Source: Bacteroidales bacterium
GTDB taxonomy: Bacteria; Bacteroidota; Bacteroidia; Bacteroidales; P3
Direction: 5' to 3'
NCBI GenBank assembly: GCA_024400505.1
Contig: JAKSMP010000001.1
Coordinates: forward strand, 5,265-69,264
Length of the DNA stretch: 64,000 nt
The notes beneath the pieces were generated by a model. The model had not been told where the DNA came from and made no database searches. It saw only the letters and a program-made list of their open reading frames with translations. Below, piece after piece: positions 1 to 9,813 of this stretch (its first letter is position 1; each line of letters starts with the position of its first letter). Made by a program: the position numbers and the translations under genes.

Positions 1-1340
1 TGACCCCTAAAGAGTTCGGTACACTTGGCATTGCCATGATATTTGTAGGTCTTTTCAATAAGTTTGTTGATTGCGGCTTCTCAAACTCGCTGATTCGCAA
101 AAAAGATATTGAGCAAATTGACTACAACACCGCATTTATCTTCAATGTGGCAGTTAGCGTGGTTATGTATCTTGCGTGCCTTGCACTGGCTCCGTTTATT
201 TCCAGTTTTTTTAATTTTCCCGATCTTACCATTGTGTTACGTTGGCTGAGTATTGTCGTGATTATTAATGCACTAGGGATTATTCAGAAGACTCGGTTGA
301 CTAGAAATATTGATTTTAAGACCCAGACCAAAGTGTCGATCTCTTCCTCAATCATTAGCGGAATAGTGGGTATATCTGCCGCATATTGGGGGTGTGGTGT
401 GATGAGTCTAGTGTATCAGCAAATTACTCGTCAGAGTTTAAACACCGTTCTACTCTGGATCTTTAATCGTTGGCATCCCCAGATGCAGTTCTCCATTGAT
501 AGTTTCCGTCAGCAATTCTCCTATGGTGTAAAGCTATTGTTTTCTGGGTTGATAGACTTTACTTTTAATGAGGCTGCTTCGATTGTAATCGGTAAGGTCT
601 ATTCCCCCGCTACGTTGGGGCAATATTCTCGAGCCAAACAGTTCAGTTCAATCTTTTCTTCTAACTTGAGTGTTATCATTGAGCGTGTGACATTCCCTGT
701 TTTAGCTAGTTTTCAGTATAATAAAGAATTACTAGTAGCTCAGTACAAAAAGATATGCAAAAGTCTAATGCTTGTCAGTGGCTTTTTTATGATTACCCTG
801 GCCTGCACGGCCGAGTCGGTGGTGTTAATTCTGGTTGGTGAAAAATGGGCCGAGGCAGTCCTGTATCTTCCTATTATTTGTTTTAATGACATGTTCTATC
901 CTGTCAAACAAGTCAATCTCAATGCCATTATGGTAACCGGTCGTTCCGATTTGGTGTTACGGGTCACAATTATCAAGCGTTTTATCCAAGTCATCCCCAT
1001 CTTATTAGGCTTTTATAGCATTTATATGTTGCTCTATGGATTTGTGGTGTCTAGTGTACTGGGAATGGTGCTTAATGCCTATTTTGCAAGCAAATGTATA
1101 CCCTATTCGGTAGTAAGCCAGTTGAAAGATCTTCTCAAGCCCCTAGGGGTTTGCCTTATAGCTGGTGTTGCTATGTATGCGATTACATTTTTGAATCTGA
1201 ACATTTACCTCCAGTTATTGGTTCAGCTTTTGGTGGGCGTCTCAGTCTTTCTGATCACTGTGCACTTGACAAAAATTGCGGAATATTACTTCTTGAAAGA
1301 TACGTTGCTTTCAGCCCTTTCTAAGTTTAAACGTCATTGA
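1..1340 (+). CDS. wzx: Wzx-type polysaccharide/O-antigen flippase (MOP superfamily), 5-prime end off-window
   Basis: Frame is open from the window edge (TPKEFGTLGIA precedes the ATG at 36). Multi-TM protein. GFSNSLIRKK motif and overall pattern are typical of Wzx/RfbX. Confidence 0.85.
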   Translation, partial: TPKEFGTLGIAMIFVGLFNKFVDCGFSNSLIRKKDIEQIDYNTAFIFNVAVSVVMYLACLALAPFISSFFNFPDLTIVLRWLSIVVIINALGIIQKTRLTRNIDFKTQTKVSISSSIISGIVGISAAYWGCGVMSLVYQQITRQSLNTVLLWIFNRWHPQMQFSIDSFRQQFSYGVKLLFSGLIDFTFNEAASIVIGKVYSPATLGQYSRAKQFSSIFSSNLSVIIERVTFPVLASFQYNKELLVAQYKKICKSLMLVSGFFMITLACTAESVVLILVGEKWAEAVLYLPIICFNDMFYPVKQVNLNAIMVTGRSDLVLRVTIIKRFIQVIPILLGFYSIYMLLYGFVVSSVLGMVLNAYFASKCIPYSVVSQLKDLLKPLGVCLIAGVAMYAITFLNLNIYLQLLVQLLVGVSVFLITVHLTKIAEYYFLKDTLLSALSKFKRH

Positions 1341-1354
1341 TTTTGAATATAAGT

Positions 1355-2445
1355 ATGAAAGATTCGAAATGTGTTTTTGGGGCATGGTGTGCACAGCGTA
1401 AATTTGGGCGATGATCTTTTCTTCACTGCCATACTAGCGAGATACCCTTCCACCCAATTCTATGTATATGCGCCAGTGGTCTATAAACAAATATTAGCTC
1501 CTTATCCTAATTGTAAGGTCTTGTGTGATTCAGATAAGAGATTGTGCTTCTTGGCAAGGTTTTGCAAATTGTTTCATTTGCCCAAATCTTTGGATATTAT
1601 ATATTATTTTAAATTTAATTCAAGTTTTTTTGATTGCTGGTGGAGCCTTGTTTATGGAGGGCAAAAGCAACCTGCCACAGTTGGTTCGTCGGCTTAACCT
1701 AATTCGCTTTTTCCACCGCCGCCTACAAATAGTCATAAACGGAACCAATTACGGGCCGTCGGTAACAGACACGTGGCAGCATACTGTGGCAAATACATTG
1801 CAGAAGGTGGACGACGTATGCTTTAGGGGCAAACCATCGTTTGAACTATTTCGTCAATTACCCAATGTAAGGTGTGCTAACGGTATTGTCATGCATATAG
1901 ATATGAGTGGAACTGTTCAGAAAAATAAGTCCATTAGTATTAATATCAGGAGTGTTGACAAATGGCCTTCACTGAAACCGTTGAAGCAACAATATCTTGA
2001 GAATACAAAGTCGATAATAGAACATTATCAACAAAAAGGATTTGCAGTAAATCTAGTCTCTTTCTGCAACACCTATGGTGACAACCAGATTACTGATGAG
2101 TTGTTTCAAATGCTGGATAATACTGAGTATGTTCACATACTTAATTATACGGGTAATATATCTGAATGCTTGGCAGCTATCAGTTCATCTGAATTCATAT
2201 TGGCGACTCGTTTTCACGCTATTGTTTTGGGATTGGTATTTGGGTTGCGGGTGTTGCCCATTTCGTACAGTATCAAAAGCGAAAATATGTTGAGGTCAAT
2301 GAACATCTGGTCGCCAATATATGATTATGCTGCATTTTGTGCTGCCCCTGTGGAAATGTTGTTGAATTCGACGATTGATAATTTTGTGATAGACAAGACT
2401 GTCAACAACCAGTTTGATTATCTAGACAAAATCTTAATAAAATAG
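1355..2445 (+). pseudogene. Polysaccharide pyruvyl transferase (CsaB/WcaK family), frame broken at homopolymer T runs
   Basis: N-terminal part (VNLGDDLFFTAILARYP) is in ORF 1371..1697. The remainder (IAGGALFMEG ... ATRFHAIVLGLVFG) is in ORF 1525..2445. The switch point is a T7 run at 1625-1631. A second possible shift lies at the T5 run 1374-1378, after the ATG at 1355. Confidence 0.65.
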
Positions 2446-2450
2446 CAATT

Positions 2451-3020
2451 ATGAAACCACAAGTTCTGATTCGTAAGGCGTTTAATTTTATTCCTTTCTT
2501 AGTTCACCATCTGCCATTCGTTTTTAAGTGGTGGTTGCTCAATATTGCTAGAAGGTCGCCATGGTGTCATATGTTTTTGACACTTCCCAACTTATGTTGG
2601 AAAATTTGCGGCGTGAAGATGGGTAAGAATGTTAGAATCGGGCAGGATGTGTATCTGGATGTCAATTATGCACGATATATTACTATCGAGGACGATGTGT
2701 GGATAGCCAGCCATGCAGCCGTTTTTGCTCACCGTCGCATTATGGATGATTATCATGTGGGTGACAGATACAAAAACTGCGAACAAAAGCCTAGGCCCGT
2801 CTTGATTAAAAAAGGTGCCTGTGTAGGTATTGGGTCCTTGGTTACCCCCGGTGTTACCATAGGAGAGGGCTCTGTGATTGGAGCTGGTGCTGTTGTTGTA
2901 AAAGACATCCCTGATTGGTGTCTGGCAGCAGGCTCACCTTGTAAGGTAATGCGAGAGTTACCTAAAAAAGGGTATCGATATAATAAGGAAACAAAACAAA
3001 ATGAACCGATATCGGAGTAA
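2451..3020 (+). CDS. Hexapeptide-repeat (LbH) O-acetyltransferase, WbbJ/maltose-acetyltransferase-like
   Basis: C-terminal LbH repeats: [38 protein letters not shown]. Paralog of 9813..10412. Confidence 0.8.
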   Translation: MKPQVLIRKAFNFIPFLVHHLPFVFKWWLLNIARRSPWCHMFLTLPNLCWKICGVKMGKNVRIGQDVYLDVNYARYITIEDDVWIASHAAVFAHRRIMDDYHVGDRYKNCEQKPRPVLIKKGACVGIGSLVTPGVTIGEGSVIGAGAVVVKDIPDWCLAAGSPCKVMRELPKKGYRYNKETKQNEPISE

Positions 3021-3032
3021 CGTTACAATAGT

Positions 3033-3878
3033 ATGCGTGGTTTAAGAATTATTGTCAATGCTGATGATTTAGGCTATAGCGTCGATGTCGATGCGCAAAT
3101 TGAACGTTGCATTCAGCATGGTATTGTCACTTCGAGTTCTTTGATGGCCAATGCTCCAGGCTTTGATGACGGTGTGCGTATAGCCAAAATGTATCCAAAC
3201 GTATCCATTGGTGCGCACCTCAACTTGGTTGAATTTGCCCCATTGACTAATTTGGATGTCTTTCAGCGATACGGAGTGGCAGATGCTTCGGGTAATTTTA
3301 TAGAAGGAGCTATCTTCTACACCGCCATTGATGATGTGCTGTCGCAGGCTGTTTTTGATGAATGGGATGCTCAATTGAACAAAATAAAACGGTCTGGCGT
3401 TGTGATAGACCATGTGGATAGTCATCAACACACACATGCACTGTTAGGTTTGCATGATACTCTGTGTAAGGTGATGGATAAACACCAGATTACACGTGTT
3501 CGTAGAAAAATAGTGCCGTCAATTCCCATTATGCTATTCGGCAAGAAAACTATAAAAGTGACCTTGGATAAGAGTAATGCTGTTGTTGGGAAGAAAAGAA
3601 ATGTTTTGGTTAGGCGGTTTCAATTATTATCTGTCATAGCATCTAGTATCAAATGGAACATGGTTATGTCAAGAAAATATCAATTGACTGATTCATTTTC
3701 CTCGTTTAGGGAGTTCTATATGAATCGATCTTTAATGATTTCGGGTGGTCGAAATGCTGTAATAGAGCTAATGTGTCACCCAGGTCAGCCCCCTTTTGAT
3801 TGTGAAACTCAGTTGTTAGCAAGTGATAGGAAATGGATAACTAGTCGTGATAAGTTAGTAAACTATAAGATTGTGTAG
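3033..3878 (+). CDS. ChbG/HpnK (YdjC-like) carbohydrate deacetylase
   Basis: N-terminus IIVNADDLGYSVDVDAQIERCIQHGIVTSSSLMANAP and the HVDSHQHTH metal-site motif. Confidence 0.75.
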   Translation: MRGLRIIVNADDLGYSVDVDAQIERCIQHGIVTSSSLMANAPGFDDGVRIAKMYPNVSIGAHLNLVEFAPLTNLDVFQRYGVADASGNFIEGAIFYTAIDDVLSQAVFDEWDAQLNKIKRSGVVIDHVDSHQHTHALLGLHDTLCKVMDKHQITRVRRKIVPSIPIMLFGKKTIKVTLDKSNAVVGKKRNVLVRRFQLLSVIASSIKWNMVMSRKYQLTDSFSSFREFYMNRSLMISGGRNAVIELMCHPGQPPFDCETQLLASDRKWITSRDKLVNYKIV

Positions 3879-3880
3879 CA

Positions 3881-4840
3881 ATGAAAATTTCGATCATTAT
3901 CCCAGTATTCAATAAGGCTGTTTTTTTAGAATCTTGCCTTCAGTCGGTTATTTGTCAGATAGCCGCCCAAGAGGATGCCTTTGAAATTGTGCTTGTTGAT
4001 GATGGGTCGACGGATGAGTCAGAAGATATTATTCAACGTTATGCCAGCCAGTTTCGATATATAGTGACTTTATCGCAACCGAATTCAGGTGTGTCTGTGG
4101 CACGCAATAACGCCATTAGGGCTGCTACGGGTGATTATGTGTTGTTTTTAGACTCAGATGATGAATTGCTACCTGGGTCACTTCATCAGGTTTATGGGTT
4201 TCTAATGGAACATAGCGAAGTAGATATGCTGGTGACTAGGCAGTTGAGATGCATTGGCGATCAAGAACGATTGGTAAGTGCGCCCAACTTGGAAGTGGGA
4301 AAGTCTTATTCGGGTGTAGAAGCGTATCACCATAAATACGTTCGAACCAATGCGGGTGGAGGAATATGTAGTACCGCTTTTTTGAGGAAGAATCAGCTTC
4401 AATTCCCCGTGGGTATTAGGAATGCTGAAGATACCATTTTCTTTGGTCTGGTTCAGGCTCTGGCAGGTTCGGTGGTTTATCTAGACATATTGCTGTATAA
4501 AATTAATATGCTAGAAGATAGTGCGTCTCGTACCGATGAAACTAAGTTGGCTCATCGGCATGCCGAAACGGTAAATGCTATGGCCGAGATTCGTAATCGT
4601 ATTAGTTGTACAGAAGAACAAAAAGGGATTCTTGAATATATCTTATATCAGTTGCTTAGTAATACGATAGGCCATTTTGTTCGCTCTAAGGAATTGAGGT
4701 ATCGCAATTTTTGTAAAGAAGTTCATCTTGGGCAAATTTTCCCTATTGTGACGCAGCATATGTGTAAGATGAGAAAAAAGGCCAAGATGATGAATTTTTC
4801 TGTTAGGCTGTTCTATATATTAAGTTGGCTAAAGAGGTAA
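3881..4840 (+). CDS. Family 2 glycosyltransferase
   Basis: ISIIIPVFNKAVFLESCLQSV ... VLVDDGSTDES ... FLDSDDEL (DXD) motifs. Confidence 0.85.
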   Translation: MKISIIIPVFNKAVFLESCLQSVICQIAAQEDAFEIVLVDDGSTDESEDIIQRYASQFRYIVTLSQPNSGVSVARNNAIRAATGDYVLFLDSDDELLPGSLHQVYGFLMEHSEVDMLVTRQLRCIGDQERLVSAPNLEVGKSYSGVEAYHHKYVRTNAGGGICSTAFLRKNQLQFPVGIRNAEDTIFFGLVQALAGSVVYLDILLYKINMLEDSASRTDETKLAHRHAETVNAMAEIRNRISCTEEQKGILEYILYQLLSNTIGHFVRSKELRYRNFCKEVHLGQIFPIVTQHMCKMRKKAKMMNFSVRLFYILSWLKR

Positions 4841-4855
4841 TCGTTAGAATACTCA

Positions 4856-5989
4856 TTGTATGAATATTATTTTTGCATTGATATGAAGGGAAAATTGTGC
4901 TATGTTGGTAAGACTGCCCCTCTATATCGTGAGGGTATTTTCACTATGATGGATAGTACCTTTGACATCGATTGGTATTTTGGTGAAACCAAATCCGATA
5001 TCAAGGAAATGGATATTTCGAAGTTGAAGCACACAAACTACTATTGGGTGTTGGGTGATTCTTCCAAAGTTAGTTGGAAAGTTGGTGTTATTTCATTGCT
5101 ATTCAAAAATAAGTATCAGTCGATAATGATGCATGTTGAGACAAGAGCAATCTCGGATTGGTTGTTTGTGCTCTTGAAAAGTTTGTTTTTCCCCAAGAAG
5201 AATTTATATACTTGGGCTCATGGATGGTATGGCAAGGAGTCCCGTTTTGAGGCAGCTGTCAAGTTGTGGATGTATCGTCGGTTGACCAAGATTTTTGTGT
5301 ATGGTCAATACGCCAAAGATTTGATAGTGCAACATGGAATATCCGAAGAAAAGGTGATAGTGATTCATAATTCATTGAACTACGATAAGCAAAAAGAAAT
5401 CCGCGATACGCTACAGCCTTCTGATATTTATAGGAATCATTTCGGTAACGAGCGGCCTACGTTAATCTTCATTGGTCGATTGACTAAAGTTAAAAAGTTG
5501 GATCAGGTATTGCAAGCTTTACTGCAACTTAATGCTAAAGGAGAAATATACAACCTAGTGTTGGTTGGTGGTGGAGAAGAAAAGGCATCATTAGAAAAAC
5601 TATCAGTTGAAATGGGTTTGGGTTCGCAAGTCTGGTTCCATGGTCCGTCGTATGACGAGCGAACAAATGCGGAACTATTGTTTAATGCAGATTTGTGTGT
5701 TTCGCCAGGTAATGTTGGTTTGACGGCTATGCATGCTATGGTATATGGTTGCCCAGTCGTTACACATGATTCTTTTCAATGGCAAATGCCAGAATTTGAG
5801 GCTGTTCATGAGGGTGTAACTGGAACTTTTTTTGAGATGGATAATGTGGATTCGTTGGGTGAATCAATTTCGATATGGATTAATAATTCATATGGGAAAA
5901 GGGAACAAATTAGGCAATCTTGCTTTACTGAAATCGATAGTAAGTGGAATCCCTATGTTCAGATTCAAATTTTAAAAACTAATATTTGA
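4856..5989 (+). CDS. Family 4 (GT-B) glycosyltransferase
   Basis: C-terminal GT-B signature: [14 protein letters not shown] ... [25 protein letters not shown]. The TTG at 4856 is the ORF-track start; the ATG at 4883 is an alternative. Confidence 0.8.
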   Translation: MYEYYFCIDMKGKLCYVGKTAPLYREGIFTMMDSTFDIDWYFGETKSDIKEMDISKLKHTNYYWVLGDSSKVSWKVGVISLLFKNKYQSIMMHVETRAISDWLFVLLKSLFFPKKNLYTWAHGWYGKESRFEAAVKLWMYRRLTKIFVYGQYAKDLIVQHGISEEKVIVIHNSLNYDKQKEIRDTLQPSDIYRNHFGNERPTLIFIGRLTKVKKLDQVLQALLQLNAKGEIYNLVLVGGGEEKASLEKLSVEMGLGSQVWFHGPSYDERTNAELLFNADLCVSPGNVGLTAMHAMVYGCPVVTHDSFQWQMPEFEAVHEGVTGTFFEMDNVDSLGESISIWINNSYGKREQIRQSCFTEIDSKWNPYVQIQILKTNI

Positions 5990-6609
5990 CAATGAATCTA
6001 TCATATGTTTATGCGAAACTATTCAAAAAGTTACATGGGAAATGCGTTCTGAATAGTCAGGTCAATAAAGGGGCTGCAATCGGCACTGGTTGTAATGTGG
6101 TAAGAAGTACTCTGGGACGGTATTCATACATTGGGCATGATAGCCAATGTGTTAATACAGAAATCGGTTCATTTTGTAGTATAAGTGATCATGTTTTTAT
6201 TGGTGGCGCAGAGCATCCACTGGATTGGGTAAGTACTTCGCCCGCCTTTGAGAATGTGGGAGGCAGTTTAATTAATACACGATTTGCATTGCATGAAGTT
6301 CCTGATACGCCAAGAACCCACATTGGAAGTGATGTCTGGATTGGGCACTCGGTGATTATTAAAGCTGGAATTCATATTGGAGATGGTGCAGTTATTGGTG
6401 CTGGTGCCGTAGTGACGAAAGATGTTCCTTCATATGCAATTGTTGGAGGAGTCCCCGCTAGGGTAATAAAATATCGGTTTTCCGAAGAAACAATACAAAA
6501 ACTGCTTTCTCTCAAATGGTGGAATCTATCAGACTCCACTATTCAAAAAGTATCTACATATGCCACTGATGTAGAAAAATTTATTGTTGAATTGTCCAAG
6601 ATTGATTAA
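5986..6609 (+). CDS. Hexapeptide acetyltransferase (CatB/Vat-like)
   Basis: LbH repeats: [49 protein letters not shown]. The likely ATG is at 5992. Confidence 0.8.
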   Translation: MTMNLSYVYAKLFKKLHGKCVLNSQVNKGAAIGTGCNVVRSTLGRYSYIGHDSQCVNTEIGSFCSISDHVFIGGAEHPLDWVSTSPAFENVGGSLINTRFALHEVPDTPRTHIGSDVWIGHSVIIKAGIHIGDGAVIGAGAVVTKDVPSYAIVGGVPARVIKYRFSEETIQKLLSLKWWNLSDSTIQKVSTYATDVEKFIVELSKID

Positions 6610-6612
6610 TGT

Positions 6613-6744
6613 ATGAAAGTATCTATAATAACAATCTGTTATAACAACGAAAAGGAAATTCGTGCCACCATTGAGTCTGTCTTGTGTCAGATGCATCCCG
6701 ATATTGGGTATATCGTGGTGGATGGTGCATCAGAGAATGCTTAA
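6613..6744 (+). pseudogene. Truncated 43-codon copy of the 5-prime end of the GT2 gene at 9046
   Basis: 6613-6732 aligns base-for-base, with about 10 mismatches, to 9046-9165 (MKVSIITICYNNEKEIRATIESVL...). It then diverges and stops at 6742-6744. Confidence 0.8.
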
Positions 6745-6801
6745 TTGTCGTTTGGAAGATCCTAAAATAGCTTGGTGACCTTGTATAATTACACTACAAT
6801 G

Positions 6802-6809
6802 TATGTTTG
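6802..6809 (+). promoter_or_regulatory. Candidate Bacteroides-type -7 box (TAtgTTTG) for the inserted cassette
   Basis: TATGTTTG matches the TAnnTTTG consensus, 76 nt upstream of the HNH gene ATG. Confidence 0.3.
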
Positions 6810-6884
6810 CAAATGTCTTGTTTGTAGATTCTTTATCGTTTTGGTCGGTTAGTTAGTTGTGTTTGATTTTTCAAAATTGTATCT

Positions 6885-7253
6885 ATGCTTTTATCAGACG
6901 AAACTATTATTCAAGTTTGGAATAAAGCTCGCAAGATTGATGGCTATAATCCTGATATTTTCCGCCAAGATGCGTGCGGGGCATGGATTGTATTTAATAA
7001 GTATGGTCTGCGGGACAATGACTATGGATGGGAAATAGATCATGTTTTCCCGTCTGCATTGGGTGGTGATGATGATATCAATAACCTACGAGCCCTTCAT
7101 TGGAAGAATAATGCCAGCAAAGGCGATGACTATCCTTCTTATATCGCTAGGGTTACTTCCGATGGGACTAAAAATGTTGGCTGTTACAAGTCATTTACAG
7201 TCAATGCCGTTCTGCGTACCTTTATTCAAAGAAAATATATAGATAAATTCTGA
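6885..7253 (+). CDS. Small HNH endonuclease
   Basis: HNH core: EIDHVFPSALGGDDDINNLRALHWKNNASKGD. Stop is 3 nt before the next ATG. Confidence 0.75.
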   Translation: MLLSDETIIQVWNKARKIDGYNPDIFRQDACGAWIVFNKYGLRDNDYGWEIDHVFPSALGGDDDINNLRALHWKNNASKGDDYPSYIARVTSDGTKNVGCYKSFTVNAVLRTFIQRKYIDKF

Positions 7254-7255
7254 TC

Positions 7256-8167
7256 ATGCTTAAGTCTGTTGTTGTTTCTAAACTATTCGGTTACTATGAC
7301 TATAATATCGACCTATCCGTTTCAGAAAGTGATAAGATTCGATTTATCACAGCTCCGAATGGATATGGCAAGACCACTATTTTACGTTTGATTAATGGTT
7401 TGTTCGGGCATCGGCTAGATGAGTTTTTCCTTGTTCCATTTGCGTCAGTTGAATTTATCGTTGACGATGCTGTGTTCTGCGCACGGCAGAATTCCTTACC
7501 CTCTGAACAGACTGATCAGGATGCTGACGATGAACGGATTGTTACTTTTGAATTTGGGTCTGTCGCAGGGACTCATGACTCAATACTATTGCGCTTAGTG
7601 GATTTGAAAAATCCAACCCCAGAGATTGAGCATGTATTGAATCAAATATATTTGTTTTTCTCATCTGAAACTTGTCGATATATTGACGATAAAAGACTGC
7701 TGCACGAAGCTACAGATTCATCTGAATTGCTTCGTCTGGCTGATTTGTTAAAAGATAAACAACTGCATCTCTCAGAGTCTATTACTAAGCAGTTGAATGT
7801 CTTGCAAAAAATTGTTGACAGATGTGATTTTGCAAATAAGATTTTTGAATTAAGTCCACGGTTTGGTTTCCGGTTTGTTGCGAAAGATGAGAACCAGACA
7901 AAGTTAACAATGTTTGATCTTTCTTCTGGCGAACAACATATCTTGTTACTTACACTATATATGCTTTTTGATGCTCCCGAGAAGGCTATAGTGCTTATAG
8001 ATGAGCCTGAAATGTCGCTTCATCTTTCCTGGCAGGGTGATTATCTGAAAAATCTACGTGAGATTGTGAATTTGCGCAATATTCAATGTGTCGTTGCCAC
8101 GCATTCACCATTTATCTTTGCCTCAGAGTACGATATTTCTGTTGATTTGTTTGAACTTACCCACTAG
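7256..8167 (+). CDS. Short ABC-type (SMC/OLD-like) ATPase, AriA/PtuA-like
   Basis: Walker A APNGYGKTT, signature LSSGEQ, Walker B VLIDEPEMSLH, H-loop VATHSP. Only 303 aa. Confidence 0.8.
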   Translation: MLKSVVVSKLFGYYDYNIDLSVSESDKIRFITAPNGYGKTTILRLINGLFGHRLDEFFLVPFASVEFIVDDAVFCARQNSLPSEQTDQDADDERIVTFEFGSVAGTHDSILLRLVDLKNPTPEIEHVLNQIYLFFSSETCRYIDDKRLLHEATDSSELLRLADLLKDKQLHLSESITKQLNVLQKIVDRCDFANKIFELSPRFGFRFVAKDENQTKLTMFDLSSGEQHILLLTLYMLFDAPEKAIVLIDEPEMSLHLSWQGDYLKNLREIVNLRNIQCVVATHSPFIFASEYDISVDLFELTH

Positions 8168-8176
8168 TATCAAGCC

Positions 8177-9049
8177 ATGGCACAACAATCTTTAAGGTTG
8201 GCAGCACAGTCGATGCAGCCACAGCCGGTTAAAGCTTATATTGGCCAGTGTATGAATTCACCAAAGCGCCAAATGGTGTTTTGTTTGGTTGAAGGCTCAT
8301 TTGACAAGCATATTTATGAAAGTCGTCTCAATCAGTCTGATATCGAAGTTCTAATAGCATTTGATGACAGTTTGCATCATAATCGCAATTCTGTCGAATT
8401 TTTGACTGGGGAACTTCGCGATAACTATCCGGCGGGTCGTTTCATTGGAATTAGGGACAAGGATTATCTACCATTTTTGGGGCAACAAGTCCCAGTAGGT
8501 GTGATTGTAACAGATCACCGAGATATTGAAATGACAATATTGTCATCCTCTGATACCGTTGCGGCGATTCCTGATTTAGCACTATGTTTGCCCGATGTGC
8601 TCCAGCATTGCTTTCATTTCGGTCATATACGAATTTTTGCTGAGTCACGGAACCTTCGGAATAAAGTAAATGAAAAACTGAAAATAGTAGCAATATACGA
8701 TCAGAAGGCTAAATTATATGTTAGTGATGTAATCGGTCATTTGCGTTCCAACTATTTCTCAAAGGTGGATAGCGAATCTAATTGTGCCGAACTAGATTCT
8801 TTTATCAATCTACATGAGTTGAATAAATGTTCGGTATATGATGTGTGCAGGGGTCACGATGTCGTTGGATTGTTGGAGTGGGTTTATGGGAATAATTTCT
8901 CTAGGACAGAGCTTGAGTCTCAGATGATCCAAAATTATCCTGCTGGAACTTTCTACCAAACAAATATGTTTCTGCAAATTGAATCTTATTGTAGTCAGTT
9001 TGGGATTGACGCAAAAATCATAAACGAAAATAATTTGAATAAAGCATGA
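8177..9049 (+). CDS. DUF4435/TOPRIM-like nuclease, AriB-like
   Basis: TOPRIM-style acidic motifs: FCLVEGSFDKHIY (Glu) and IGIRDKDYL (DxD). Stop TGA overlaps the ATG of the GT2 gene at 9046. Confidence 0.6.
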   Translation: MAQQSLRLAAQSMQPQPVKAYIGQCMNSPKRQMVFCLVEGSFDKHIYESRLNQSDIEVLIAFDDSLHHNRNSVEFLTGELRDNYPAGRFIGIRDKDYLPFLGQQVPVGVIVTDHRDIEMTILSSSDTVAAIPDLALCLPDVLQHCFHFGHIRIFAESRNLRNKVNEKLKIVAIYDQKAKLYVSDVIGHLRSNYFSKVDSESNCAELDSFINLHELNKCSVYDVCRGHDVVGLLEWVYGNNFSRTELESQMIQNYPAGTFYQTNMFLQIESYCSQFGIDAKIINENNLNKA

Positions 9050-9813
9050 AAGTATCAATAGTCACAATCTGCTATAACAACGAAAAGGAAATTCGTGCCA
9101 CCATTGAGTCTGTCTTGAGTCAGACGCATCCCGATATTGAGTACATCGTGGTGGATGGTGCATCAAAAGATAATTCGTTGTCGATAATAAATGAATATAA
9201 GGACAGGATTGCCGTTATCATCTCCGAACCCGACCATGGCATGTATGAGGCTTTGGACAAAGGCTTCCAACGCGCTACGGGTGACGTGATTGGCATGATT
9301 CATTCGGGTGATAGGTTGCATGACGAAAACGTGATAGCCGATATCGCCAAGTTCTATGAAACCCACGATGTGGATATGACTTATGGCCATAGTCGCATCG
9401 TTAATGCTCAAGATGTGGCTCAACGTATCAACAAAAGTCCTGAATACAGCATGGGGTTGATTCGCAGGGGCTGGATGCCTTCGCATCAGAGCATCTATTG
9501 CAAGAAAAAAGTGTTTGACCTTTGTGGCTATTATCGTAATGATTTAGGCGGAGGCGGCGATTATGAATGGTTTATCCGTTCGTTCTACAAGCATGGAAAG
9601 GAGCTGAAGATTGCCCGCGTGGATAGATTTGTGGTGAAATTTGCGTTGGGCGGTCAGAGCACTTATAACTATAGCCACAAGTTGTCGAAGAAACATTTTG
9701 ACTATGTGAAGAGATGTTGGCAGTTAAATGAGTTGAAGCCTCCCTGCGGCATCGTATACTGGATGTTCTCGCGCAAGGTTAAACAGTTTGTACTAGCAAA
9801 ATTATCCAAATAA
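9046..9813 (+). CDS. Family 2 glycosyltransferase (intact copy)
   Basis: VSIVTICYNNEKEI ... YIVVDGASKDNS ... GMIHSGDRL motifs. Confidence 0.85.
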   Translation: MKVSIVTICYNNEKEIRATIESVLSQTHPDIEYIVVDGASKDNSLSIINEYKDRIAVIISEPDHGMYEALDKGFQRATGDVIGMIHSGDRLHDENVIADIAKFYETHDVDMTYGHSRIVNAQDVAQRINKSPEYSMGLIRRGWMPSHQSIYCKKKVFDLCGYYRNDLGGGGDYEWFIRSFYKHGKELKIARVDRFVVKFALGGQSTYNYSHKLSKKHFDYVKRCWQLNELKPPCGIVYWMFSRKVKQFVLAKLSK

